Origin: a bacterium
GTDB taxonomy: Bacteria > UBA8248
DNA: 64,000 nt
Assembly (NCBI GenBank): GCA_965203325.1
Contig: OZ241875.1
Coordinates: forward strand, 1,344,001-1,408,000
Direction: 5' to 3'
Part shown: in pieces, positions 40,048 to 50,421 of the stretch
Numbering within the stretch: position 1 is the stretch's first letter
How the letters are laid out: every line of letters starts with the position of its first letter
Program-made: the position numbers and the translations under genes
The notes under the pieces: generated by a model
What the model was told of the DNA's origin: nothing
Databases searched by the model: none
Seen by the model: only the letters and a program-made list of their open reading frames with translations

Positions 40048-41010
40048 TTACTCCAGATTCAGGTGCGGGAGCACCTCCTCTGTGAATCGTTCCAACTGGC
40101 CCATTTGATCCCGGTGGGTGAAGCGCAGGGAGATGTGCGCAGCCCCTGCTTCGATGAAGGCGTTGATGCGCTCTATCAGGTCTTCCGCGGGGCCATACGT
40201 GCCCCACTTCTCGATGGAATCACCCCAGAAGGGGGTGTAGTAGTAATCGAGCAAAAATTCCTCGCCGTTTTTCATCGCCGATTCCTTGTCGTCGTCGATG
40301 CAGGTGGTCATGTACCACGCGGGCGTACCGGGGTCGCGTCCGTTCTCACAGGCCAAGCGGACGATTTTTTTCCAGGTGTCGCGGAACTCCTCGGGCGTCA
40401 CGCGGTTGGGGAACCAGCCGTCTCCAAATTTCGCCACCCTCTGCCACGCGGTGTCCACTGTGGCTGAGGCGATCCACATGGGCACGGTCTTCTGGATGGG
40501 CTTGTGCGCCAAGGTGACGTTTTCCACCTGGTAATACCTGCCCTCAAAGGTCACGTCCTCCTCCGTCCAGAGCCTGCGCATGAGCGTCATGTGCTCCTGC
40601 ATGTAGAACATGCGCTTTCTGAACGGCACGCCCAGGGTCTCGAACTCATGCACGCACTCCTGGGGCTTCGGCGGACCGATGCCGACGCCGAGGATGACGC
40701 GACCGCCCGAGATGACGTCGAGCGTCGCGACCTGATAGGCGAGGAATACGGGGTCCCTGAGGCAGGGCAGAAAAACGGCGGTGCCGAGCTTCACGCGCTC
40801 GGTTCTCACGGCCACGGCGGAGAGCACGCTGAGCGCCTCGAGTCTCGGTTTGGCGAGAACGGAATCCCCCACGAACACGGAATCGTAGCCGAGTTCCTCC
40901 GCACGCACGGCCAGGTCGATGACGGGTCCCACCTCCGGGACACCTGTGTTCCAGAGCAGCACCCCGCGCGTGGGGAGAAGCACGCCGAGTTTTACTTTTC
41001 TATCCGCCAC
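40048..41010 (-). CDS. LLM-class flavin-dependent oxidoreductase
   Basis: AEELGYDSVFVGDS, TERVKLGTAV, ATLDVISGGRVILGVG, GDGW. Confidence 0.9.
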   Translation of the reverse strand: MADRKVKLGVLLPTRGVLLWNTGVPEVGPVIDLAVRAEELGYDSVFVGDSVLAKPRLEALSVLSAVAVRTERVKLGTAVFLPCLRDPVFLAYQVATLDVISGGRVILGVGIGPPKPQECVHEFETLGVPFRKRMFYMQEHMTLMRRLWTEEDVTFEGRYYQVENVTLAHKPIQKTVPMWIASATVDTAWQRVAKFGDGWFPNRVTPEEFRDTWKKIVRLACENGRDPGTPAWYMTTCIDDDKESAMKNGEEFLLDYYYTPFWGDSIEKWGTYGPAEDLIERINAFIEAGAAHISLRFTHRDQMGQLERFTEEVLPHLNLE

Positions 41011-41018
41011 TTCAAGGC

Positions 41019-42401
41019 CTAAAGGTGGATGCCCGCGCTCGCGAGAATCCCGCGCACGCGCTCTCGCTGCTCGTCTGGAATATGCAGCCGTTCCGCAAAG
41101 TCGCGCCCGGCGGGTTTGGTGGCGTCGACCCCCACCTTCGTGAGGGTGTGAGTCTCGGGGTCCGAAGTCGGGTCCAGGATGGCGCCCATCGCCCCGTGGA
41201 TGAAGTTGATGTCCTTATCCGCCCGCGTCCTCGTGATGACCGCCCAAGCAACGTCTGAGAGATTGAAGATGTCCACGTCCTCATCGACCACGACCACGCA
41301 CTTGCAGTAAAACTCGGTTCCGAGCGCCGCCATGATGGCCTGCTGCGGCTGGCCCTCTGCCGTCTTTTTCATCCGGACGATCGCCAGAAGCGCGCCCGCC
41401 GTGTTCGAGGGCACATGCACGGCGGATACGCCCGGCAGGTTGCGCCTGAGCGTATTGAGGATTTCCGCTTCGCGGCTCACGCATGAGATGAGGATGTGAT
41501 CCGCCGACATGCCCGAGGCCACGCTGTGGAGCATGGCGTCGCCCCTCATCTGCACGCGCTTCACGACGAACACGTTCTGCGTGCTGCGGTAGGACGCGTA
41601 GCCGGTGAACTCGCCGAAGGGACCCTCCTCCTCGCGGACCTCGTTCAGAATCTCTCCTTCGAGCACGATCTCCGCCCCCTCGGGCGCTTCCAGGTCCGCC
41701 GTGCCGCACCGGGCGACGCGATACGGCTCACCGAACAGGGCGCCGATGATCTCGTACTTCCGCACTCCCGGCGGGTAGTGATAGGCCATGGAACCCATGT
41801 AGTGGACGGGGTGAATCCCGATGACGACCGCCGCCGGCAGGGGCTCGCCAGCGTCTTCGGCCTTTTTGTGAAAGTGGTACATCCGCCGGCGCGAATGCAG
41901 GGAGACGCCCAACCTGTTCTTTCCCTTGAGCTGCAAGCGGTGGAAGCCCGTCGTGTCCACGCCCGTCTCGGGGTCTCGCGCCACGATCTGGCCCGCCGTG
42001 ATGTAGGGGGCGGCATCTACGGGAAAATGGAAGGGGATGGGCAGTTTGTTCAGGTCCACTTCGTCTTCTTCGATGACGACTTCGCGCCAGGGAGCGTCCT
42101 CGACCACTTCTACGGGCAGGTAATTCTGGCAGCGGTCCTTGTAGGCCGTCGGCAGATCGCCCGGCGCCACGTCGAGACACGCCGCCAGGAGGTTCCGGTT
42201 GCCCGCGATGTTGGTAACGACCGAACCCTCGAAGCCCTCCACGCGCTCGAAGATGATGACGGGGTATCTGCCCGCGCGCTCGAACTCGAACACCGTGGGC
42301 GTGATGTCCTCCCTCCCGACGGGTTCTGCGATGCGCACGAGTTCTTCGGGGTGGTCTCGCTCCACCATCTCCAGGAAGCCGCGCAGGCTTTGATCGACCA
42401 T
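41019..42401 (-). CDS. UbiD family (prFMN-dependent) decarboxylase
   Basis: LRGFLE, LPIP.HF..DAAPYIT, HR, AEIVLEG, EGPFGEFTGY, VVDEDVD, GVDATKP. Confidence 0.92.
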   Translation of the reverse strand: MVDQSLRGFLEMVERDHPEELVRIAEPVGREDITPTVFEFERAGRYPVIIFERVEGFEGSVVTNIAGNRNLLAACLDVAPGDLPTAYKDRCQNYLPVEVVEDAPWREVVIEEDEVDLNKLPIPFHFPVDAAPYITAGQIVARDPETGVDTTGFHRLQLKGKNRLGVSLHSRRRMYHFHKKAEDAGEPLPAAVVIGIHPVHYMGSMAYHYPPGVRKYEIIGALFGEPYRVARCGTADLEAPEGAEIVLEGEILNEVREEEGPFGEFTGYASYRSTQNVFVVKRVQMRGDAMLHSVASGMSADHILISCVSREAEILNTLRRNLPGVSAVHVPSNTAGALLAIVRMKKTAEGQPQQAIMAALGTEFYCKCVVVVDEDVDIFNLSDVAWAVITRTRADKDINFIHGAMGAILDPTSDPETHTLTKVGVDATKPAGRDFAERLHIPDEQRERVRGILASAGIHL

Positions 42402-42411
42402 CTCGCGCGCC

Positions 42412-43203
42412 TTATTCGGCCCAGGAGCCGCGATCCGTATAGGGATTTTCGAGGGGCGGCAGGGGGGGACCGCCATCGCGGGGCGGCTCCTCGTCCCAGA
42501 ATTCGACCGCGATGACGCGCGCGGGCGCGCCCTCGGTGTCCTTGAGCTTCACCGCGCCCGTCACCAGCAGGACGCGCTCTTTCTGGATGGCGCCCATGTT
42601 CGTGCACCACTCGATGAGGCATATCCCGCGCTCCAGGAACTTGATGTGGTTGGGGCTCCAGTCAGGCGCCGGCCACTTGCGCTCCTCGGGGGGATGGAGC
42701 GGCGAGTCGCACGTCATGAAATCCTGGACGAGCGCCTTGATGCCCCTCTCGATGAGCCAGTCGGCCGCGTCGGTCGAGAGATACACCATGTGCTCCCAGA
42801 AATCGCGCGAGCCCCACATGCGGTCGGTCCATTCGGTGCTGACGATGGCGATGTCGCCGGGGCGCACCTCCACGCCTGTGGCTTCCAGGTCCTCGGCCGT
42901 CACGGACTCGGAATTGCCCTTGCCCGGCACCTTGAGCACGCAGGCGTCGCCGCATACGTGATCGAGCGGCAACTCGTCGTTCTTCAGCCCGTCGTGGAAG
43001 AAATGATAGGGCGCGTCGTAATGCGTGTAGCTCTGCGTGGTGGTGGTGAAGCCGAAGTTGCAGATGTGGTCCACGTCCAGCGTCGCGATGGGGGTGATGG
43101 TCGTGCCCGGAGCCGGCTTGTCGTAAATCTCATCGCGCGGAAACTGAACGTAGGTGTCCTCCGGGTCGACGGTGAGCGAGAGATCGACGAAGCGGTACGG
43201 CAT
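42412..43203 (-). CDS. cyclase family protein (variant motif)
   Basis: FVDLS, QSYTHYDAPYH, LIEW, EGAPARVIA. Confidence 0.8.
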   Translation of the reverse strand: MPYRFVDLSLTVDPEDTYVQFPRDEIYDKPAPGTTITPIATLDVDHICNFGFTTTTQSYTHYDAPYHFFHDGLKNDELPLDHVCGDACVLKVPGKGNSESVTAEDLEATGVEVRPGDIAIVSTEWTDRMWGSRDFWEHMVYLSTDAADWLIERGIKALVQDFMTCDSPLHPPEERKWPAPDWSPNHIKFLERGICLIEWCTNMGAIQKERVLLVTGAVKLKDTEGAPARVIAVEFWDEEPPRDGGPPLPPLENPYTDRGSWAE

Positions 43204-43364
43204 GGCTTTCCCCTTGTTGGAGCAAACGGTTTTTGAAATGGAAGCTCCCGCCGCCCATCCCCGGACGAACGGCGGGAGTCGAACCCTAGTTCATGAAGCG
43301 ATATCTGAACTCGTTACCAGCCTGTAAAGGCGGCGGCGCACCTCCCCGCCGCTTGAACCATCAA

Positions 43365-44339
43365 CTAATTCCAGCCCTTCTCCTTGCAGTAGCGGGCCGC
43401 GCCATCGTGGAACGGAATGCCCATCTGCGCTTCCTTGCAACCCGTCTTGGCCGGGTCGAAGTTCCTGAGGCCCTTGTGTCCCGCCCGCAGGTCCTTCACG
43501 TTGTCGAGCAGGGACTTCACGATATTGTACGCATCCTTGTTGCTGAGCGCCGTGGAGGCGAGGACCGCGGTGGTGAAGCCGAACGTGTTCTTGGGCTTAT
43601 CCTGTCCCGGGAACGTCTTGGCCGGCATGGTGGCTTTCAGGAAGCCGATTCCCAGAAGCTTGTTCCGGAACTCATCGGCGATACCCAAAAACTTCAGCTT
43701 CTTCTGGATCGCTATCGAGGTGAGCGCCGGGTGGCCCGCGTTCACGGTGTGGCTCAGCATGTCGGCCTGGCCGTCCTTCATCCGGCTCTTGATGGCGCCG
43801 AAGCCGGTGTGCGTCACCGAACCGCCCATCTTCTTGATGCCGTCATAGGTGATCCCGTGCGCTCCGAGCATGGCGCGCGTGGCCCACTGGCCCAGCCCGC
43901 CGCGCGGAACCGTCACGTAGTTCACGGGCACTTTCTTGAGGTCGAGAATGCCGTTCACCTTGGGGTTCGTGGTGACAATGCCCAGGAAGTACTGGTCCAG
44001 GCCGCCAACCAGCCCGCGCAGGTTCTTGTAGGGCTTCTTGTAGGCCACCTTGCCCTGATACGCCCAGGCCGCCGCCACGCTGAAGGTGAGGCCCATGCTG
44101 AACTTGCCGGTGCCGACGAGCTTGGGGTTGCCCACGCCGCCGCCTTTCGAGAGGGCGTCTATCTGAACGCCCACTTTCGCGTTGTTCACGATGTTCGCCA
44201 TGGTGGCCGAGTACACGTGCCAGCCGCTGCCTTTTTTCCAGCTTCCCATGGTGAGGCGGGCCGCTTCGGCCTGGACGGCCAGGAAGGCGCCGATGACCAC
44301 CGCGAGAACAAAAACCATTTTCCAGGATGTGCGCTTCAT
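43365..44339 (-). CDS. TAXI family TRAP transporter solute-binding protein
   Basis: Signal peptide, GSGWH, GGGVGN, PFHDGAARY; adjacent to fused permease. Confidence 0.88.
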   Translation of the reverse strand: MKRTSWKMVFVLAVVIGAFLAVQAEAARLTMGSWKKGSGWHVYSATMANIVNNAKVGVQIDALSKGGGVGNPKLVGTGKFSMGLTFSVAAAWAYQGKVAYKKPYKNLRGLVGGLDQYFLGIVTTNPKVNGILDLKKVPVNYVTVPRGGLGQWATRAMLGAHGITYDGIKKMGGSVTHTGFGAIKSRMKDGQADMLSHTVNAGHPALTSIAIQKKLKFLGIADEFRNKLLGIGFLKATMPAKTFPGQDKPKNTFGFTTAVLASTALSNKDAYNIVKSLLDNVKDLRAGHKGLRNFDPAKTGCKEAQMGIPFHDGAARYCKEKGWN

Positions 44340-44399
44340 GTCGAAAACTCCTCTGTTGGAAATAACACGAATATGCTTCCGTCTATGATGCGTTTTTCG

Positions 44400-46304
44400 C
44401 TAAGACACAGGACCCGCCGAATCCACGGCGAGGGCGCTTTTCTTCGCGCGCACCAGATGACGCCAGAAAACAACCACCAGCAAAACGGAGCCGATGACGT
44501 CCGTCATCTTCTCGGGAACGATCAGCCCCAGACAACAGATGAAGAAAACAGCCCGCTCCCAACCCGCCAGGGGGAGCGATACGTGCCCGGTGATCGCCGC
44601 CGCCAGGGCCGCCACACCGATAATGCAGGTGATCGTTACCCAGAGCGTCTCACCGAGCGGACCGATAAACAGCATGGACGGATTATATACGAACGCGAAG
44701 GGAATAAGAAATCCCGCCAAAGAGAGCTGAAACGCCTTCCAGCCCGTGGCGGTCAGGTCCGACTCGGCCACGCCCGAGGCGACGTAGGCCGACAGCGCCA
44801 CCGGCGGCGTGAGCATCGAGAGAATGGCGAAGTAGTAGATGAACATGTGCGCCGCCAGAACGGGGAGGCCGAGCTTGAAAAGCGCCGGACCCAGAAGCGT
44901 TCCCGCCATGATGTAGGCGGCGGCAGTCGGCATTCCCATACCCATGATGACGCAGCCGATGAGCGTCAGCCCCAGCGCGGGCAGGATCATCCCGCCCGAG
45001 ATGTTGACGATGAGGCCCGAGAACTTGAGGCCGATGCCCGTATCGTCCACCACGCCGACCACGACGCCGGCGATGGCGCAGGGAACCGCGACGGGGACCG
45101 TCATGCGCCCGGCCTTCTCAAGCGCTTCGATTATCTTCTCGAACCCCATGCGGGTCCCCCGGCGCACCCAACTGAGCACCACCACGCCGATGGCCGCCGA
45201 GGTGGCCGACCACATCAAAGTGAAACCGGCGATCATGTAGCCCAGGAGCAGGATGATCGGAAAGAGCAGAAGACCGCGCTCCAGGAGGATGCTCTTGAGT
45301 TCCGGCATCTCCTCTTTACTCAGACCCTTCAGGTTCAGCTTCTTCGCCTCGAGGTCGACCATGAAGAACAGCGAGACGTAGTAGATGATGGCCGGAATGG
45401 CCGCCGCGCCCGCCACCCTCAAATACGGGGTGCCCGTCATGTCGGCCAGGATGAAGGCCCCGGCCCCCATGATGGGCGGCATGAGTTGCCCGCCCGTGGA
45501 AGCCACCGCCTCCACCGCGCCCGCGTAATGGGGGGCGAAGCCCAGGCGCTTCATCAGCGGGATGGTGAAGATGCCGGTTCCCACGACGTTCGCCGTCGCG
45601 CTCCCGCTGATGGTCCCCATGAGGCTGCTGCTCACGATCGCCGCCTTGGCCGGACCGCCCCGGAACGAGCCGGTGAGCCGGATGGCCAGGTCGATGAACA
45701 TGCGCCCGCCGCCCGAGACTTCGAGCGCCGCCGAGAAGAGCACGAAATAGAACACCACCTCCGCGCTCACGCCCAGCGGAACGCCCAGCAGGCCCTCGAC
45801 GCCCAGGATCTGGAACTCGATGAACTCGGTCAGCAGGATGAAGCGATGCCCCAGGGCGCCCGGGATCAGGTGGCCGAGAAAATTATAGGCCAGCGCCACG
45901 ACGGCCACCGAGGTGACGCCCCAGCCGAGATAACGGCGCGACGCCTCGACGGTCAGGAGGATATAGGCGAGCCCCAGGTAGACATAGCGCGTGGGCACTT
46001 CGTCCACGTCGCGGATGCGCTCGTTCAGGAAGTTCCACTCCCACAGATAGAGCACCGCGATAAACATGGCGATGACGGTCAGGACGTAATCGACGGGGCC
46101 GACGCGGCCTTCCTTGCGAAACGGTTTGGTGAGAAAGACGATGCCCAGCGCGAAGCTCAAATGGAGCGGCCTGGAGGTGAAGACATGGAGCATCCCGAAA
46201 AAAGCCCAATACAACTGGATGACCGACCAGACGATGGCCAGCAGCGCGACCGGATTCAGGAATCGCTTCATGGAAATTCCGTCCCCTTGGTGATGCATTT
46301 TCAC
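44400..46304 (-). CDS. TRAP transporter fused (DctQM) permease
   Basis: GGPAKAAIVSSSLMGTISGS, EAVASTGGQLMPPIMGAGAF, GMGMPT, TPPVAL. Confidence 0.93.
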   Translation of the reverse strand: MKMHHQGDGISMKRFLNPVALLAIVWSVIQLYWAFFGMLHVFTSRPLHLSFALGIVFLTKPFRKEGRVGPVDYVLTVIAMFIAVLYLWEWNFLNERIRDVDEVPTRYVYLGLAYILLTVEASRRYLGWGVTSVAVVALAYNFLGHLIPGALGHRFILLTEFIEFQILGVEGLLGVPLGVSAEVVFYFVLFSAALEVSGGGRMFIDLAIRLTGSFRGGPAKAAIVSSSLMGTISGSATANVVGTGIFTIPLMKRLGFAPHYAGAVEAVASTGGQLMPPIMGAGAFILADMTGTPYLRVAGAAAIPAIIYYVSLFFMVDLEAKKLNLKGLSKEEMPELKSILLERGLLLFPIILLLGYMIAGFTLMWSATSAAIGVVVLSWVRRGTRMGFEKIIEALEKAGRMTVPVAVPCAIAGVVVGVVDDTGIGLKFSGLIVNISGGMILPALGLTLIGCVIMGMGMPTAAAYIMAGTLLGPALFKLGLPVLAAHMFIYYFAILSMLTPPVALSAYVASGVAESDLTATGWKAFQLSLAGFLIPFAFVYNPSMLFIGPLGETLWVTITCIIGVAALAAAITGHVSLPLAGWERAVFFICCLGLIVPEKMTDVIGSVLLVVVFWRHLVRAKKSALAVDSAGPVS

Positions 46305-46423
46305 GAATAAACGCCAGACGCATCAGGCAGCGTCTCACATGAAAATTACAAGCATATTACGAGCGCATCGAAACTCATTCCCGCTTATCCGGCAGTCTCA
46401 TTCCCGGACATGCAGCGCCCATG

Positions 46424-47608
46424 TTATTCCGCCCACGGGCGCGTGGTGGTCGTCGTGAGGAGTTCGCATCCATCATCCGTCACGAGCACCATCTGCTCGA
46501 TGTTGGTGCCCCCCACCTCGGGCAGCACGAACTGCGGCTCCACGCAGAGCACCATGTTGCGCTCGAGCACCATCTCGTTATCGGGCCGGATGATGGGCGC
46601 CTCCACGGTTTCGAGACCGATGCCGTGCCCCGCCATCGGGAAGAGATACTGCCCCGCCCCGTTCGCGTTCTCGTCCAGGAACCGGCTCGCCGCCGCATGA
46701 ACGTCTGAAGCCCTGGCGCCCGCGCGAACCGCGTCCATCGAAACCTCCGAGGTCGCGACGGTCAACTCCAGCATCTCCTCCACGTTTTTCTCGAGTTTCT
46801 TGCCGGGGACCACGGCGGTGCGGTTGACGTCGAACCCGTAGCCTTCCACCGCGCCCACGTAGTCGAAGCGGATCAGGTCGCCCGCCTCCAGCTTTCTCTG
46901 CGTCGCCTGCGGCCAGCGCGAACCCCAACTCGCCCACGGGCCGCTGTGGACGCGGACGTAGCGCACGAAATCAGCCCCCGCCCGCATCCCCGCCGCGTGG
47001 CCCTCGGCGCACAAGTCGCTCTCGCTCACGCCGGGGCGGATTGCCTCGAAAATGGCGGCGTAGCCCGCCTCGACGATCTCCGCCGCGCGCTTGAGATACG
47101 CGACCTCGGTTTCGCTCTTCCTGGCGCGAAGCTGCTCCACCAGGGCGTTCGCGTTCGAGAATTGCGCCTCGGGCAGCGCCGTGGTCAAGTCGATGTACAT
47201 CGTGGCCGGCATGATGTCCTCACCGGCGACACCCACCCGCGCGCTCCCGGCTCCCAGTCGCTTGAGTTGACCCACCAGGCCCGCGGAGATGTTCGCCTCC
47301 ACCCGGACGTTCTCGACGTGCACCATCTCTGCGCGATAGTTTCTGTGATCCACGAAGAGAAGCGGCTCCTCCTCGATCGGCAGGACGAGCACCCCGTGGC
47401 CCATGCCGCGAACGGTATCGCTGAACGCGCCCGGCGGAAACGGCGGGAAATGGTTGGTGAGGTAAGTCAGGCTCCCCATGCGGTCATAAAAAGAACGCCC
47501 GATGACGAGGAGAACGTCGAGTTCCGCCTCGCCCATGAGGCCGCGCGCATCCGAAGTTCTCTCCTTGATCTCTTCTCTGGAAGCGCCCGTGCCGTTCTCG
47601 ATGACCAT
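46424..47608 (-). CDS. M24 family (Xaa-Pro peptidase/creatinase-like) hydrolase
   Basis: LRARKSETE, D...GYGFDVNRT, GHGIGL...E, VEP, IE. Confidence 0.88.
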   Translation of the reverse strand: MVIENGTGASREEIKERTSDARGLMGEAELDVLLVIGRSFYDRMGSLTYLTNHFPPFPPGAFSDTVRGMGHGVLVLPIEEEPLLFVDHRNYRAEMVHVENVRVEANISAGLVGQLKRLGAGSARVGVAGEDIMPATMYIDLTTALPEAQFSNANALVEQLRARKSETEVAYLKRAAEIVEAGYAAIFEAIRPGVSESDLCAEGHAAGMRAGADFVRYVRVHSGPWASWGSRWPQATQRKLEAGDLIRFDYVGAVEGYGFDVNRTAVVPGKKLEKNVEEMLELTVATSEVSMDAVRAGARASDVHAAASRFLDENANGAGQYLFPMAGHGIGLETVEAPIIRPDNEMVLERNMVLCVEPQFVLPEVGGTNIEQMVLVTDDGCELLTTTTTRPWAE

Positions 47609-48577
47609 CTACTTGAACCTCGGCAAGAGTTCTGAGACGAAATTCTCGAGTTGCTCTTCCTGGACGCCGCCCGCGAAGCGAACGACGAAGACGCGCGCTC
47701 CTTCCGCCGCGTATTCCCTGAGCTGCTCTTCCACGCGGTCGCCATCCCCGGCGATGACGAGGAGTTGCTCCCGCACCTCATCGAAGGTCTTGTGATAGTA
47801 CTTGGAGAGAAATTCCCCGCACTGCGCCTCGGCCTTCGCGCCGTCGGGGTTGATGTTCATCGTGACGTAGAGGCACTGGGGAATTTTTTCGATTTCTTCG
47901 GTGCGGCCAAACTCGTCGGAATACGAGAGAATCTTCTCCCAGCACTGCCGGTAGAGGTCCGCCGTGATCGAGTTCGTTATCCAGCCGTCGGCGAAGCGCG
48001 CCACGCGCTTAAGGCCTGAATCCACCAGGTTGCTCGATAGCCAGACCGGGGGGCCGCCGGGGGTTTTGGGCCTCGGCTCGAGCGCCACGCCCTCGAAGGC
48101 GAAATGTTTTCCCGCATAATCCGCCCGGGATTCCCGCATGAGCAGCTTGAGTATCTCCACGGTCTCAGAAAAGCGGCGCGCGCGCTCGTTGATGGGAACA
48201 CCGATGGTCTCGAACTCGAACTTGAGGTCGGTGCGCCCCACGCCCAGGCCGGGGAGGACGCGACCGGGGAACATGCAGTCGAGCGTGCTCATCGACTGGG
48301 CGAGCATCACCGGATGCCGGAGCGCCGCGAGCATCACCGCCGTGCCCACCTGAACGCGCTCGGTCGAGGCGAGAACCGCCGCCCAGGTGGTGAAGCTCTC
48401 CATGCGCGGCTTGGCCAGCACGCTGTCGCCGAGCCAGACGGAATCGAGACCAAGATTCTCGGCCTTTTTCGCCAAAGAAAAAATGGGATCCGTCTCCGGC
48501 GCTTCGCCCCCCGCCGCCACGACGACGCCGCGCGTGGGCAGCAGATAGCCGAAATGAAAACCTCCTGCATGATTCAT
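47609..48577 (-). CDS. LLM-class flavin-dependent oxidoreductase
   Basis: LLPTRG, DSVWLGDSVLAKPR, VGTAV, ADGW; paralog of 40048..41010. Confidence 0.9.
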   Translation of the reverse strand: MNHAGGFHFGYLLPTRGVVVAAGGEAPETDPIFSLAKKAENLGLDSVWLGDSVLAKPRMESFTTWAAVLASTERVQVGTAVMLAALRHPVMLAQSMSTLDCMFPGRVLPGLGVGRTDLKFEFETIGVPINERARRFSETVEILKLLMRESRADYAGKHFAFEGVALEPRPKTPGGPPVWLSSNLVDSGLKRVARFADGWITNSITADLYRQCWEKILSYSDEFGRTEEIEKIPQCLYVTMNINPDGAKAEAQCGEFLSKYYHKTFDEVREQLLVIAGDGDRVEEQLREYAAEGARVFVVRFAGGVQEEQLENFVSELLPRFK

Positions 48578-48813
48578 AGAATGAAATCCTTACTTACCAA
48601 TGGAAAAGATGTTCTCGCAAATCAGAACGAACAAATTGTCAGATTGAATACATTAGTAACACTTTTGGCTTTCGCCCGCAAAAACTCAAGGATACGAGGC
48701 GTCAATCGCCGGGGTTCCGCCTCACCCGGCGAGGAGGGCGCGGCAACAAGCGTTGACACCTCCCGGCGCATTTTTTCTTGACACCTCTTGGCGCATATTT
48801 TATTAAGGTTCGC

Positions 48814-49845
48814 ATGAAACGCTTCATACTGATTCTCCTATTACTTTTGCTGACGGCGGGTTGTGTTGGCGGCGGCTCCGGTGGCGGCTCCGTTGACAGT
48901 TCCCCGCCGCCTCCCATCCCGACACCCACGCTTACGCCCGTCCCCCAGCCGTTTCGCACGGGGACGACCTTCGTCGACAACGTCCTCAGCGTCGACGTGC
49001 GCTACCACGGCGGCCACACCCGCACCCTCGATACCGACCGACACCGGGACGGGTCGTGGGCGCGTTTCCTCCCCCGGCCCTTGCAACCCGGCCATTCCAG
49101 CCGCGAATGGCTGCTCACGGAAAACCACTACGACGGCAGGATTCTGCTCTACGCCGTCGTCTCGTGGAACGACGCCGACCCTGCCGATTACCTGGCGGCC
49201 GGATGGTGGCTCGTATACCCGCCAGACGTGCCCTTTTGGGAATTCGAATCCGCCACGCGCGGCGTCTTTATCGATGGGCCGGAACTCGACCCTTCTAATC
49301 CGCCCGACCTCCCCCTGACCGGCACGGCCACCTACGTCGGCGGCGCCGGCGGCGCGTACACGTACAACTACGGCCACAACTGGGGCGAGTTCGCCGGTTC
49401 CTCCGAGTACACGGAATTCGTGGGGTCTATCTCGTTGACCGCCGACTTCGGCAGCAAGCGCCTCACCGGTTGCATGGGGTGCCTCGAGCCGACCGAGATC
49501 GATCCCGGCCGCCACCTCTATCCGATCGTGACCTGGCGGAACCCCGGTCCCGAGGCGTCGCCGGCCGACTACGATCTGCACTTTTCCGCATCTTTCGACG
49601 CGAAGGGCGCATTCAAGGATACCGAGATCACCGTCACCCATCCCGAACGCACCATCACCCAAACCGCCGGGACGTGGCGCGGCCAGTTCTCGAACGTGCC
49701 GGACGCCGACGGCAACCCCCGCCGCCTGGTCGGATCGAGCGATGTTCACTTCGCCGAAGAAGACGGATCGAGCGGCCGCTTTACGGGCATCTTCGATGCG
49801 CTTACGCCCGCTGCGCTCAAGCCCGACGACGGCAACGCGAACTGA
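48814..49845 (+). CDS. lipoprotein with transferrin-binding-protein-like beta-barrel C-terminus
   Basis: Lipobox LTAGC, Gly/Pro linker, LPLTGTATYVGGAGG, ISLTADF, GTWRGQFS. Confidence 0.6.
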   Translation: MKRFILILLLLLLTAGCVGGGSGGGSVDSSPPPPIPTPTLTPVPQPFRTGTTFVDNVLSVDVRYHGGHTRTLDTDRHRDGSWARFLPRPLQPGHSSREWLLTENHYDGRILLYAVVSWNDADPADYLAAGWWLVYPPDVPFWEFESATRGVFIDGPELDPSNPPDLPLTGTATYVGGAGGAYTYNYGHNWGEFAGSSEYTEFVGSISLTADFGSKRLTGCMGCLEPTEIDPGRHLYPIVTWRNPGPEASPADYDLHFSASFDAKGAFKDTEITVTHPERTITQTAGTWRGQFSNVPDADGNPRRLVGSSDVHFAEEDGSSGRFTGIFDALTPAALKPDDGNAN

Positions 49846-49877
49846 ATTACGCCCCCCACGGCTAAAACGTACCTTCC

Positions 49878-50069
49878 CCCTTCCTGAGTAGCGGCCCCTC
49901 GACTTCGCTCGGGACAGGATCCGCCGTTCTCCGATACCCCTCATCCTGAGTAGGCGCGTAAGCGCCGTATCGAAGGATGCCCTCTTGCCACGGCGCGAGC
50001 CCCTCGCCCTTCGATACAAACACTCCTTTCTCAGTCGCGTTTGACCTTCGGCGGCTACTCAGGGTGAGG
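49878..50069. repeat. intergenic palindromic repeat element
   Basis: CCTCATCCTGAGTAG...GTATCGAAGG paired with inverted CCTTCGATAC...CTACTCAGGGTGAGG, plus a second CCTGAGTAG copy near 49884. Confidence 0.6.
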
Positions 50070-50421
50070 AAAGAGGCGTCGGCGGTCTCCAGGGGACACA
50101 TACAGTGCTTTATCAACAACCCCGATGACCAGGGGCGCAAGCGGATGCGCCCTGCCATCTTCCATATCGGCGCAAGCGTCGCGCCGGACCAGCGCATGGC
50201 GAAGGAAAACCCGGTACCTCATCAAAGGAATTTTGATTTGGAACGGCCAGATGCTAAGATGTTTCCATTCAAGTTCCAAAATGAAATAGTCAAGTGACGT
50301 GTAATGGTGCGACGTGTTTTTAGTACCCATTCGAACCCGGTACACTTCATGCTCGGAGTGCGCCCGGAATCCTCTATAGAACCGCTGGCTAAAACAGGCG
50401 GACCGGAAAGGAGGCAAGGCC

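Noticed and set aside
43293..46310. 1005-aa plus-strand ORF
   Set aside because: Antisense shadow of the TRAP-TAXI genes; long stop-free opposite frames are expected in high-GC coding DNA, and it has no recognisable motifs.
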